Shown in pieces: positions 8,381 to 17,310 of a stretch of DNA of 24,000 nt (the first letter of the stretch is position 1; each line of letters starts with the position of its first letter). The notes below the pieces were generated by a model. That model was not told where the DNA came from. It searched no databases and was given only the letters and a program-made list of their open reading frames with translations. Position numbers and translations under genes: made by a program. This DNA comes from Christensenellales bacterium (GTDB taxonomy: Bacteria > Bacillota > Clostridia > Christensenellales > Maliibacteriaceae), in contig JBMNQS010000003.1 in the NCBI GenBank assembly GCA_050944255.1, positions 42,409 through 66,408 of the forward strand. Reading direction: 5' to 3'.

Positions 8381-8989
8381 ATGAAAGTGAAAAAGATGAA
8401 CTTCAAATTCAACCAAAAGACGGTGGTGCTGATCGCCATGACGGTGCTTTTAGTGATCACAGGCGCGCTGAGCATATGGTACAACCGTCAGAACGCCGAC
8501 ACGCCCATGACCGCCGATGGGATGCCCACGGCCACGGTGTCGCCGTCGCCATCGCCATCGCCGGGAACAAATGGCACCAATGGCCTGGATAACGGGGACG
8601 AGGACATGGAAAACGGCGATACCGAAGGCGCGGCTACGGTGGCCAAATTCTTCTCGGATTTCAGAAGCGAGAGAAATACGGTGCGGGCCGAGGAGATCGC
8701 GTATCTTGATTCCATTGTCAACAACACCAATTCCGACCAGAGCATCATCAACCAGGCGCAGCAGGAAAAAATTAAAATCGTCACCGCCATGGAAAAGGAA
8801 GTGACCATCGAAGGCCTTCTCAAGGCACAGGGATTCTCCGACGCTATCGCCACGCTGCACGAGGGCTCGGTCAACGTCGTGGTGGGCCTGCCGCAACTGA
8901 GCGACTCCCAGGTGGCGCAGATTCTGGAGATCGTACGGCGTGAGTCCGGCGAGGAACCCGCCAATATCAAGATCATACCGGCGGGCTGA
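8381..8989 (+). CDS. spoIIIAH: Stage III sporulation protein AH
   Basis: MKVKKMNFKFNQKTVVLIAMTVLLVITGALSIWYNRQ... with C-terminal ANIKIIPAG. Track start 8327; ATG 8381 follows AGGGGG. Confidence 0.93.
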   Translation: MKVKKMNFKFNQKTVVLIAMTVLLVITGALSIWYNRQNADTPMTADGMPTATVSPSPSPSPGTNGTNGLDNGDEDMENGDTEGAATVAKFFSDFRSERNTVRAEEIAYLDSIVNNTNSDQSIINQAQQEKIKIVTAMEKEVTIEGLLKAQGFSDAIATLHEGSVNVVVGLPQLSDSQVAQILEIVRRESGEEPANIKIIPAG

Positions 8990-9001
8990 TGCAGAAACAG
9001 T

Positions 9002-9030
9002 TTGATAAGGCCGCCAAATTTTGATATAAT
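9002..9030 (+). promoter_or_regulatory. Sigma-A-type promoter upstream of asp23
   Basis: TTGATA (9002-9007) - 17 nt - TATAAT (9025-9030). AAGGAGG RBS lies further downstream before ATG 9063. Confidence 0.8.
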
Positions 9031-9062
9031 AACGCCAAATGAATCTTTAAGGAGGCGTCTTA

Positions 9063-9470
9063 ATGGCGGATCATAAAATTACACAAATCAATGACGCGGA
9101 CGGCGACGGGCAGATTTCCTTTGCCGACGACGTTATTGCCGTGATAGCCGGGCTGGCGGCCATAGAAATCGACGGCGTGGTGGCCATGAGCGGCGGCATC
9201 GCCGACGGCATCGCCGAAATGCTGGGCAAAAAAAACCTCACCCGCGGCGTCAAAGTCGAAGTGGGGAACCAGGAAACGGCCATCGATCTGGATATCGTCG
9301 GCGAGTACGGCGTCAATTTGCCCGAAGTCTGCCGCAAAGTGCAGGAGAACGTCCGTAAGGCCGTGGAAAACATGACCGGCCTTTCCGTGGTGGAGGTCAA
9401 TGTGAACGTGCTTGGCGTCAATGCCGAACGCGAAAATAAAGACCAGGAAATGATGATGCGCGTCAGATAA
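9063..9470 (+). CDS. Asp23/Gls24 family envelope stress response protein
   Basis: ADDVIAVIAGLAAIEIDGVVAMSGGIADGIAEMLGKKNLTRGVKVEVGNQETAIDLDIVGEYGVNLPEVCRKVQENVRKAVENMTGLSVVEVNVNVLGV is a full Asp23 domain. Confidence 0.95.
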   Translation: MADHKITQINDADGDGQISFADDVIAVIAGLAAIEIDGVVAMSGGIADGIAEMLGKKNLTRGVKVEVGNQETAIDLDIVGEYGVNLPEVCRKVQENVRKAVENMTGLSVVEVNVNVLGVNAERENKDQEMMMRVR

Positions 9471-9619
9471 AGATTTTTTAGCCCTCTGATACCTGATATC
9501 GGAGGGTTATAAATCGCTGTGGGCTTCCCGGCTTTAAGACGGCCGGCGCATCACGGTGCGGCCCGCGAAGGCATCGGCCTTCGCCAAGGATTGATACGAA
9601 AGAAAAAGGAGGCTCCAAT

Positions 9620-10177
9620 ATGCAAGTGAATGTTGCGCGCCGGATCATCGCGGGTACCCTGATTGTATTGTGTGTGGCTGCCTTTGTGTTCTTCGCCGTC
9701 ATGCTGTGGGACAGGCCCCTGGCCCAGGCCGTGGTACGGCTTTTATCCGGCAGCGCCCTGTGGTTTGTGGCGCCGGCTGTTTCGGCGGCCGCCCTTTTGT
9801 GCGCCGCCGGCGCCCTGTACGTGATATTTGCTCCGGGCGTGCGCGCCAGCGGTGATATCATCGTGCGAAAGGACGATAAGGGCACGCTGAGCATCTGCCT
9901 GGGCACGCTGGAGACCATCGGAACCATCGCCGCCAAAGAGGTGCAGGGCCTCAAAGACATCAAAATGAAGCTGACGGCGCATGAAGGCGACGTCTGCATC
10001 AGCGCACGGGTCAGCATGAGCCATGAGGCCGATATCCCCGAAGCCACCGCGCTGATACAGGAGGCCATGGGCAAGGCCATCTATGAGCGTACGGGCATTA
10101 TGGTGAAGCAGATCGATATTTCCGTGGCGGCGGCGGTATCCGTGGGCGAGCGGACAGCCTCGCCGAGAGTCCGATAG
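9620..10177 (+). CDS. amaP: AmaP-like alkaline shock response membrane anchor protein
   Basis: Two N-terminal TM segments followed by an Asp23-like C-terminal half; located between asp23 and a DUF2273 gene. Confidence 0.8.
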   Translation: MQVNVARRIIAGTLIVLCVAAFVFFAVMLWDRPLAQAVVRLLSGSALWFVAPAVSAAALLCAAGALYVIFAPGVRASGDIIVRKDDKGTLSICLGTLETIGTIAAKEVQGLKDIKMKLTAHEGDVCISARVSMSHEADIPEATALIQEAMGKAIYERTGIMVKQIDISVAAAVSVGERTASPRVR

Positions 10178-10187
10178 GAGCAGCGCC

Positions 10188-10424
10188 GTGAATGATTTTA
10201 ATTTGAAAGAATTTATACTGAAACATAAGGTCCAGGCCGTCGGCGTGGCGCTGGGCGTCCTGGCAGGCGTCCTGATCCTCCTCATTGGCCTGTTGCGCAC
10301 GCTGTTTCTGGTGCTGTGCGGCATCGTGGGCTATGCCGTCGCCGCCCTGGTGATGAGCGATACCATCCAGGGGCAGCGCATACGCGACTTCTTTAAATTC
10401 AGAGGGAAAAAGGGAGATCATTAA
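10188..10424 (+). CDS. DUF2273-type small integral membrane protein
   Basis: 78 aa: ...VGVALGVLAGVLILLIGLLRTLFLVLCGIVGYAVAALVMSDTIQGQRIRDFF; directly after amaP. Confidence 0.82.
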   Translation: MNDFNLKEFILKHKVQAVGVALGVLAGVLILLIGLLRTLFLVLCGIVGYAVAALVMSDTIQGQRIRDFFKFRGKKGDH

Positions 10425-10892
10425 ATGTCCAGGACGGCGGCAAGGGAAACGGGCATGCGCTTACTGTATCAATGGTCCGTTTCCGGCGGGGACTGGCATG
10501 AGGTGCTGGCCTCTTCGGTACTGAGCGAAGTGCCCCTGACAAAAAAGGACAGGGCGTATCTGGAACGCATTGTCTCGGGCGTGCAGAATGAGACTGAAAA
10601 GCTGGATCAATTGCTGGAGAAAATGAGCAAGTCCTGGCGGGTGGACCGCATGGCCAAGCTGGACCTGGCCATACTGCGCCTGGCGGCCTATGAGCTGCTC
10701 TACTGCGAGGATATTCCCGGCAGCGTGTCTATCAACGAGGCGGTGGAGCTCTCCAAACGCTATTCCAGCGCGGAGGCGGTGCCGTTTATCAACGGGATTT
10801 TATCTTCCATCGCCAGAGAGCTGGACAAGGCGGACGTGAACGAAGAAGATGCCGGCCAAAGCGCGGAGGAAGGCGGGGCGGATACGCGGTGA
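10425..10892 (+). CDS. nusB: Transcription antitermination factor NusB
   Basis: MSRTAARETGMRLLYQ...MAKLDLAILRLAAYELLYCEDIPGSVSINEAVELSKRYSSAEAVPFINGILSSIAREL. Confidence 0.97.
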   Translation: MSRTAARETGMRLLYQWSVSGGDWHEVLASSVLSEVPLTKKDRAYLERIVSGVQNETEKLDQLLEKMSKSWRVDRMAKLDLAILRLAAYELLYCEDIPGSVSINEAVELSKRYSSAEAVPFINGILSSIARELDKADVNEEDAGQSAEEGGADTR

Positions 10893-11854
10893 CGAAGGTC
10901 TATCTGGGGCTGGACACCAGCTGCTACACCACCAGCCTTGCGGCGGTGGATGGGCAGGGAAGCCTGATCTGCCAGGTGAGAAAACTGTTGCCTGTGCCCG
11001 CGGGCGAAAACGGCCTGCGGCAGAGCCAAGCATTATTTGAGCACATCAAGCAACTGCCGGCACTCTACCGGCAGTTGCTTGCGGGTTTGCCGAAGGATCA
11101 TAAAACCCAGGCGGTGTGCGTCTCCACCAGGCCCAGACCGGCTCATGGCAGCTATATGCCGGTGTTCCTGGCCGGGGAGAGCTTTGCCGACGTGATCGCC
11201 GCCGGCTGCGGGGCAAAACTCCTTGCCACGACGCACCAGCACGGGCACGTCTACGCGGCGCTCTATGGCGCGGGCGGCCCCGAGGGCGAGGCGTTTCTCG
11301 CCGTTCATCTCTCCGGCGGCACCAGTGAGCTTTTGAGGGTGCGGCGCCTGGAGGATGATCTGGACATTGAGCTCCTTGGCGGCACGCTGGATGCCAGCGC
11401 CGGGCAACTGGTGGACAGAGTCGGCGTGAAGATGGGCCTTCCCTTCCCGGCGGGGGCGCATCTGGAGGAGATGGCCTTTATCCACGGGGTGGACGAGCCC
11501 GCCATTCCCGCCAGCGCAAAGGGCCTTTCGGTGAGCTTCTCCGGCGCCCAGTCGGCGGCGCTTAGGGCCCTTGAAGCCGGGGAGGACAAGCCCAAGGTGG
11601 CGGCCATGGTGTTTTCGGCGCTTTCGCGGACGCTGGGGAAGTGGATTGCGGCGGCGGTGGAGGAGACCGGCATAAAGGCGGTGCTCCTGATGGGCGGCGT
11701 GGCGTCCAGCACATGGGTGCGCCGGGCGCTGACCGAGCGGCTTGCCAAACAGAAGGCGGACGCGGCGCTTCATTTCGCGCCGGCGCAGTACTGCAGCGAC
11801 AACGCCGTGGGCGTGGCGCTTTCGGGATTTTATCAGATGCGGAGGAATGCATAA
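10889..11854 (+). CDS. TsaD/Kae1-like peptidase M22 homologue (not the canonical TsaD)
   Basis: LGLDTSCYTTSLAAVD, PRPAHGSYMPVFLAGESFADVIA, TTHQHGHVYAAL, VHLSGGTSELL, VLLMGGVASSTWVRRAL. GTG start overlaps the nusB stop. Confidence 0.85.
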   Translation: MTKVYLGLDTSCYTTSLAAVDGQGSLICQVRKLLPVPAGENGLRQSQALFEHIKQLPALYRQLLAGLPKDHKTQAVCVSTRPRPAHGSYMPVFLAGESFADVIAAGCGAKLLATTHQHGHVYAALYGAGGPEGEAFLAVHLSGGTSELLRVRRLEDDLDIELLGGTLDASAGQLVDRVGVKMGLPFPAGAHLEEMAFIHGVDEPAIPASAKGLSVSFSGAQSAALRALEAGEDKPKVAAMVFSALSRTLGKWIAAAVEETGIKAVLLMGGVASSTWVRRALTERLAKQKADAALHFAPAQYCSDNAVGVALSGFYQMRRNA

Positions 11855-12700
11855 ATGGCGGTTGTTCTGGACGGAAAGAAACTGGCGCTGGAGATTCGCG
11901 AGAAGATCCGCGTGGAAACGCAGGAATTAAAGGAGCATCGCGGCGTGACGCCGGGGCTGGCGGTGGTGCTGGTGGGCGACGACCCGGCCAGCGCGGTTTA
12001 CGTGCGCAACAAGGACACGGCCTGCAGGAAGGCGGGCTTTCATTCGGTGGTCTGCCGTATGGACGCCCGCACGACGAAGGAGGAGCTGATCGAGAAGATC
12101 GGGCAGCTGAACCGCGACGAGTCCATCCACGGCATCTTGGCGCAATTGCCGTTGCCGGGGCATCTGGACGAACTGGAGATCATCGGCGCAGTCGATCCCC
12201 AAAAGGATGTGGACGGGCTGCACACATGCAGCGCCGGAGCGCTTCTGACGGGTCAAAAGGGATTTATCCCCTGCACCCCCAGGGGCATTATGCGCCTGAT
12301 CGACGAAAGCGGCATCGAGCTTTCCGGGAAAAACGCCGTGGTGGTGGGAAGGAGCAATATCGTGGGCAAGCCCGCGGCGCTGCTGCTGCTTGCGCAGCAC
12401 GCCACGGTGACCGTCTGCCATTCCCGGACGGAGCACCTGGCCGATGTCACCCGAAACGCCGATATCCTGGTGGCGGCGGTGGGCATCCCCGGTTTCATCA
12501 CCGGGGACATGGTCAAGCCCGGCGCCGTGGTGATCGATGTGGGCATCAACCGAAGCGAGGAAGGCAAACTGGTGGGCGACGTGGATTACCAAGGGGCGGA
12601 AAAGGTGGCCGGGTTCATCACGCCGGTGCCCGGCGGCGTGGGGCCCATGACCATCGCCATGCTGCTGCAAAATACGCTGGAGAGCGCGAGGGGACAATGA
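11855..12700 (+). CDS. folD: Bifunctional methylenetetrahydrofolate dehydrogenase / cyclohydrolase
   Basis: VVLVGDDPASAVYVRNKDTACRKAGF, GILAQLPLPGHLD, DPQKDVDGLH, NAVVVGRSNIVGKPAALLL, VIDVGIN, FITPVPGGVGPMTIAMLLQNT. Confidence 0.98.
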   Translation: MAVVLDGKKLALEIREKIRVETQELKEHRGVTPGLAVVLVGDDPASAVYVRNKDTACRKAGFHSVVCRMDARTTKEELIEKIGQLNRDESIHGILAQLPLPGHLDELEIIGAVDPQKDVDGLHTCSAGALLTGQKGFIPCTPRGIMRLIDESGIELSGKNAVVVGRSNIVGKPAALLLLAQHATVTVCHSRTEHLADVTRNADILVAAVGIPGFITGDMVKPGAVVIDVGINRSEEGKLVGDVDYQGAEKVAGFITPVPGGVGPMTIAMLLQNTLESARGQ

Positions 12701-13911
12701 ACGAGTTCGTTCTTTCGGTGGAGCAACTCAATACGTACGTGAAGAACGTGCTGCAGGCGGAAGAGCTGCTGCAAAACGTGCAGGTGATGGGCGAAATCTC
12801 CGGCTACAGGCGCTATCCGTCGGGGCACGCGTACTTCACGCTGAAGGACGAGCATTCCAGCGTAAGCTGCGTCATGTTCAGCCAGTACGCCGGGAGGCTG
12901 AACTTCGCGCCGGAAAACGGACAGTTCGTCCGGGCCGCGGGCGGCGTCGGCGTGTACGTCAAGGACGGCCGCTATCAGCTCTACGTCCGCAGCATGCAGC
13001 CTGCGGGCATCGGGCAGCTCTACCTGGCCTTTGAAGCGCTGAAGAAAAAGCTGGACGCAGAGGGGCTTTTCGCGCAGGAAAGAAAGCGGCCGGTGCCCTT
13101 TTTCCCCAAGCGCGTGGGCGTGGTGACCAGCCTCCAGGGCGCCGTTTTAAGGGATATCGTGCGGGTATCCCAGAGAAGGTGCCCCGGCGTTCGCATCGTG
13201 GTGATGCCGGTGCCGGTGCAGGGCGCGGCCGCCGCGTCGCAAATTGCCCGGGGCATCCGGGCCATGAACCAATACGGCCGCGCCGACGTCATAATCATAG
13301 GGCGCGGCGGCGGATCGCTGGAGGACCTTTGGGCGTTCAATACCGAAGTGGTGGCCCGGGCCATCGCCGACTGCCGCGTGCCGGTGATCTCCGCCGTGGG
13401 CCACGAGACGGATACCACCATCAGCGACCTGGCGGCGGACCTGCGGGCCTCCACGCCGTCGGCTGCGGCGGAGATGGCGGTGCCGGTGAAGCAGGAGCTG
13501 AAGGACTGCGTCCGCCAGCAGGCGCAGCGGCTGGACAGGGCCGTGAAGCGGAAGCTGGAAGTGTCGCGCAGCCGCGCGGAGCTTCTGACCCGCTCCCAGG
13601 CCATGATGCGGCCGGTGACGCTGGTGGAGCGGCGTAGCCGCGACGCGCAGCAGGCGGCCGTGCGCCTGATGGAAGCCATGGCCCAGCAGATGGCTGAGAA
13701 GGGCCGCGCCGGCCAGATGCTTTTGGAGAAACTGAACGCGCTGAATCCCGACGCGGTGATGAGCCGCGGGTTCGCGCGGGTTGAAAACGCGGCTGGGAAG
13801 ACGGTGACCACGGTAAAGGGGCTTCGCGCCGGACAGAAGGTGCAACTGATATTCGGCGACGGGCGCCGCGGCGCCCAGATACTGAAAAAAGAGGGATCGT
13901 ATGACCGATAA
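12697..13911 (+). CDS. xseA: Exodeoxyribonuclease VII large subunit
   Basis: MNEFVLSVEQLNTYVKNVLQAEELLQNVQVMGEISGYRRYPSGHAYFTLKDEHSSVSCVMF..., DVIIIGRGGGSLEDLWAFNTEVVARAI, VPVISAVGHETDTTISDLAADLRASTPSAAAE. ATG at 12697 overlaps the folD stop. Confidence 0.97.
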   Translation: MNEFVLSVEQLNTYVKNVLQAEELLQNVQVMGEISGYRRYPSGHAYFTLKDEHSSVSCVMFSQYAGRLNFAPENGQFVRAAGGVGVYVKDGRYQLYVRSMQPAGIGQLYLAFEALKKKLDAEGLFAQERKRPVPFFPKRVGVVTSLQGAVLRDIVRVSQRRCPGVRIVVMPVPVQGAAAASQIARGIRAMNQYGRADVIIIGRGGGSLEDLWAFNTEVVARAIADCRVPVISAVGHETDTTISDLAADLRASTPSAAAEMAVPVKQELKDCVRQQAQRLDRAVKRKLEVSRSRAELLTRSQAMMRPVTLVERRSRDAQQAAVRLMEAMAQQMAEKGRAGQMLLEKLNALNPDAVMSRGFARVENAAGKTVTTVKGLRAGQKVQLIFGDGRRGAQILKKEGSYDR

Positions 13912-14152
13912 GAAAACACAGGAAGAGAAACTTTCGTTTGAAGAGGCGCTGGAGAGGATGCAGCAGGTGGTGCAGGCCCTGGAGACGGGGGATGTGCCCC
14001 TCTCCGAGGCCATCGGCCTTTACGAGAAGGGGATGGCCTACGCAAGGATGCTGGAGAGCCTCCTGTCCGACGCCCAGAGCCGGATTTCCAAGCTGGAAGA
14101 GTCCCGGGGACAGTGGAGCGAGACGCCTCTTGACATTGAGGAAAATGTATGA
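13901..14152 (+). CDS. xseB: Exodeoxyribonuclease VII small subunit
   Basis: LSFEEALERMQQVVQALETGDVPLSEAIGLYEKGMAYARMLESLLSDAQSRISKL; overlaps xseA. Confidence 0.95.
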   Translation: MTDKKTQEEKLSFEEALERMQQVVQALETGDVPLSEAIGLYEKGMAYARMLESLLSDAQSRISKLEESRGQWSETPLDIEENV

Positions 14153-15042
14153 TCGAATACAAGGCGCAGTACAATGCTTATAGGGCCCTGGTGGAGACGT
14201 CCATAAACGAGATGTTCATGATGCGCGGCGATATCCCCCGGCGGCTGCAGGCGGCCATGCGCTACAGCGTGGACGCCGGCGGAAAGAGATTGCGCCCGGT
14301 GCTGCTTCTGGCCTGCTGCGACCTGGTGGGCGGGGATGCCCGTGCGGCCATGGCGTACGCCTGCGCCGTGGAGATGATCCACACCTATTCGCTGATACAC
14401 GACGACCTGCCGGCCATGGACGATTCGCCCATGCGCCGCGGCGCGCCCAGCAACCATATGGTTCATGGGGAGGCCTTCGCGCTTTTGGCGGGCGACGGGC
14501 TTTTGACCTTCGCCTTTGAAGTGATGCTTCAGGATGCGCAGCGCTTTCAAAGGCCCGAGGCGGTCTCCGCCATGCGGGCCATCGCCCATGGCGCGGGGGT
14601 GGGCGGCATGGTGGCCGGACAGTGCCTGGACCTGTCCGCCGAGCAGGAGCAGATACATACCGAAGAGGAGCTTCTGGCCATCCACAAGGGAAAGACGGTG
14701 GCGCTGCTTGTGGCGGCCTGCACCGCCGGCGCGCTCTTGGGCGGCGCGGCCAAAGCGCAGGTTGCGGCTATCCGCGCCTACGCCAGGAACATCGGCCTGG
14801 CCTTCCAGATCACCGACGATATCCTGGACTATATCGGAGACCCCCAGCTGCTTGGAAAGCCCACCGGCGGGGACCTGGCCCATAAAAAGCTGACGTTTGT
14901 CAGCCTCTACGGCACGAAAACCGCCGCGGAGAAGGCCCATGGGCTCATCGAGCGGGCGCAGGAGGCCCTCTCGGTGTTTCCGGGTGAAAGGGCCTCCTTC
15001 CTGCATCAGCTGGCGCAGGAAATCCTGATGAGAGCTTACTGA
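14149..15042 (+). CDS. ispA: Polyprenyl (farnesyl/geranyl) diphosphate synthase
   Basis: GGKRLRPVLLLACCDLVGG, LIHDDLPAMDDSPMRRGAPSNHMVHGEAFALLAGD, AFQITDDILDYIGD. Confidence 0.95.
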   Translation: MIEYKAQYNAYRALVETSINEMFMMRGDIPRRLQAAMRYSVDAGGKRLRPVLLLACCDLVGGDARAAMAYACAVEMIHTYSLIHDDLPAMDDSPMRRGAPSNHMVHGEAFALLAGDGLLTFAFEVMLQDAQRFQRPEAVSAMRAIAHGAGVGGMVAGQCLDLSAEQEQIHTEEELLAIHKGKTVALLVAACTAGALLGGAAKAQVAAIRAYARNIGLAFQITDDILDYIGDPQLLGKPTGGDLAHKKLTFVSLYGTKTAAEKAHGLIERAQEALSVFPGERASFLHQLAQEILMRAY

Positions 15043-15059
15043 AATTCGGAGGAATGTGA

Positions 15060-15443
15060 ATGAATATACTGTGGCCTGCCGTGCTGGCCTGGGTGCTGGC
15101 ACAGACGGCCAAGACCGTGATCCATTGGATGGAGCATGGTAAATTTGACCTTGCACGGCTGATATTCGGCTCCGGTGGAATGCCGTCGAGCCATACGGCG
15201 TTTGTGGCGGCCATTGCCGTGGGCGCAGGACAGCGGGCCGGCTACGATACGGTCCAGTTCGGCGTCAGGCGCGCCGCGGGCAGGCAGGCCCGGGTGCTCA
15301 ATGAAATACTGGAGCATCTGAGCAAGGGCGACGCCACATGGCCCCAGCAGATGGAGCGGCTGCGCGAACTTTTGGGCCATACGCCGTTTCAAGTGGTGAT
15401 AGGGCTTATTTTAGGCGCGGTGACCGCGCTGATATTCAATTGA
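15060..15443 (+). CDS. Divergent PAP2 family (DUF212) membrane protein, apparently internally shortened
   Basis: SGGMPSSHTAFVAAIAVG, GVRRAAGRQARVLNEI, RLRELLGHTPFQVVIGLILG. Confidence 0.85.
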   Translation: MNILWPAVLAWVLAQTAKTVIHWMEHGKFDLARLIFGSGGMPSSHTAFVAAIAVGAGQRAGYDTVQFGVRRAAGRQARVLNEILEHLSKGDATWPQQMERLRELLGHTPFQVVIGLILGAVTALIFN

Positions 15444-15453
15444 CGGAGAAGCT

Positions 15454-17310
15454 ATGAACCTATTGGATAACATCGACTCGCCCGCGGACTTAAAGCTGCT
15501 GACCCAAGAGCAGCTTGAGGCGCTGGCGGAGGAAATCCGGATACACATACTGCGCTGCGTGTCCAGAACAGGCGGCCATTTGGCGAGCAATCTGGGCATT
15601 GTGGAGTTGACGCTGGCGCTGCACGCGGTGCTGGAATGCCCCGGGGATAAGATCGTCTTCGACGTGGGGCATCAGAGCTACGTGCATAAAATACTGACCG
15701 GGCGCAGGGATCAAATGCATACGCTGCGCGCAAAGGACGGGCTTTCCGGCTTCCCCAAGCCGCAGGAGAGCTCTTGCGACGCCTTTGCCACCGGGCACGC
15801 CTCCACGTCGCTCTCCGCGGCGCTGGGCATGGCCCGGGCCCGCGACTTAAAGGGCGAGGATTTTCATATCGCCGCGGTGGTGGGCGACGGCGCCTTCGGC
15901 GGCGGGATGATCTACGAGGCCATCAGCGACATGGGTAGCGGCGACAATAAGCTCATGATCATCTTAAACGACAACAATATGAGCATCTCGCCCAACGTTG
16001 GGGCGCTGTCCAAGGCGCTGTCCAATCTGCGGCAGAGTCCCCGCTACCGGGGCTTCAAACTGTGGGCCAAGGAACGCCTCAGCGAGGGCGGCTACCTGGC
16101 GCGGCTGATGCACCGGGTCAAGACCAGCATCAAGTACCTGATGGTGCCCGGCTCGCTGTTTGAGGAAATGGGCCTGTTCTACATCGGGCCGGTGGACGGC
16201 CACGATATCGGCGCCCTGATGCAGGCGTTCACGCAGGCCAAAAAGGCGCCCATGACCTGCCTGGTGCACGTGATTACCCACAAGGGGCAAGGGTACAGGG
16301 CCGCCGAGGCGGACCCCAGCACGTACCACGGGGTGTCGGCGTTCTCCATCCGCACCGGGATGCCCAAGGCGGCGGCGCCGGAAAAACTGCCCTTTGCCGC
16401 GGCGCTGGGCCGCGCGCTGGTCAAACGGGCGCGGGAGGATGAAAGGATCGTGGCGGTGACGGCTGCCATGCCCGACGCCACGGGGCTGGGCCTTTTCAGG
16501 GATACGTTCCCGCGGCGCTTCTTCGATGTGGGCATCGCCGAGGAGCACGCGGTGACCATGGCGGCGGGGCTTGCCGCAGGCGGAATGCGGCCGGTGGTGC
16601 CCATTTACTCCACGTTCCTGCAGCGCGCCTACGATCAGATCGTGCACGACGTCTGCCTGCAGCATCTGCCGGTGATCTTCGCGGTGGACCACGCTGGGAT
16701 CGTAGGCGAGGACGGAGAGACGCATCAGGGCGTGTTCGATATCTCCTACATGCGCCACATCCCCAATTTGACCATCCTGTCGCCGGCCTCCAGCGAAGAG
16801 ATGGCCGATGCGCTGGACTATGCGCTGGATATGGCCTCTGCGGTGGCCATCCGCTATCCCCGCGGGTGCGACCGGCTCAACGGCCTGGGGGACATGCCGC
16901 CCTTAAGCCGGGAGCCGTGGCCGCTCCTGCGCCGGGGGAAGGATTTGTCGATTCTGGCGGTGGGGGCCATGGCCCAGCACGCGCTGGAAGCGGCCGAGGC
17001 GCTCAAAGGTGAAATGGATATAGCCGTCTACAGCGTGCGGATCATCAAGCCTCTGGATGAGGAGATTTTAAAGCGGGCCACGGACTACAAGCTGTGCGTG
17101 ACGCTGGAGGACAACGCGGCGGCGGGCGGGTTCGGCTCTCTGGTGCTGGAAACGCTGGAGAAGCTGGATATCCGCCGCAGCGTGCGGATTCTGGCGGTGC
17201 CCGACCGGTTTATCGCTCATGCCACCCGGGCGCAGTGCCTCGGGGATCTGGCGCTGGCCGGGGACGCCCTGGCGCGGCGGATCAGAGCGCTTTGGGAGCG
17301 TCAGTCATGA
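15454..17310 (+). CDS. dxs: 1-deoxy-D-xylulose-5-phosphate synthase
   Basis: GGHLASNLGIVELTLALHAV, FDVGHQSYVHKILTGR, GDGAFGGGMIYEAISD, FYIGPVDGHDI, FDVGIAEEHAVTMAAGLA, AVDHAGIVGEDGETHQGVFDISYMRHIPNL. Confidence 0.98.
   Translation: MNLLDNIDSPADLKLLTQEQLEALAEEIRIHILRCVSRTGGHLASNLGIVELTLALHAVLECPGDKIVFDVGHQSYVHKILTGRRDQMHTLRAKDGLSGFPKPQESSCDAFATGHASTSLSAALGMARARDLKGEDFHIAAVVGDGAFGGGMIYEAISDMGSGDNKLMIILNDNNMSISPNVGALSKALSNLRQSPRYRGFKLWAKERLSEGGYLARLMHRVKTSIKYLMVPGSLFEEMGLFYIGPVDGHDIGALMQAFTQAKKAPMTCLVHVITHKGQGYRAAEADPSTYHGVSAFSIRTGMPKAAAPEKLPFAAALGRALVKRAREDERIVAVTAAMPDATGLGLFRDTFPRRFFDVGIAEEHAVTMAAGLAAGGMRPVVPIYSTFLQRAYDQIVHDVCLQHLPVIFAVDHAGIVGEDGETHQGVFDISYMRHIPNLTILSPASSEEMADALDYALDMASAVAIRYPRGCDRLNGLGDMPPLSREPWPLLRRGKDLSILAVGAMAQHALEAAEALKGEMDIAVYSVRIIKPLDEEILKRATDYKLCVTLEDNAAAGGFGSLVLETLEKLDIRRSVRILAVPDRFIAHATRAQCLGDLALAGDALARRIRALWERQS

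Noticed and set aside
8535-8570. Short tandem-like TCGCCATCGCCA sequence in spoIIIAH
   Set aside because: It encodes an ordinary SPSPSPSP linker between the TM segment and the C-terminal domain; low-complexity linkers are common in SpoIIIAH.
11641-12696. 1-kb upstream extension of the xseA frame (track ORF 11641-13911)
   Set aside because: The upstream part is a shadow frame over the M22 homologue and folD. XseA begins at ATG 12697, overlapping the folD stop. Not a fusion protein.
14038-15156. 372-aa antisense ORF opposite ispA
   Set aside because: Codon-bias mirror of ispA in high-GC DNA; no domain.
15964-16758. 264-aa antisense ORF opposite dxs
   Set aside because: His/Arg/Gly-rich mirror frame; dxs is unambiguous on the + strand.
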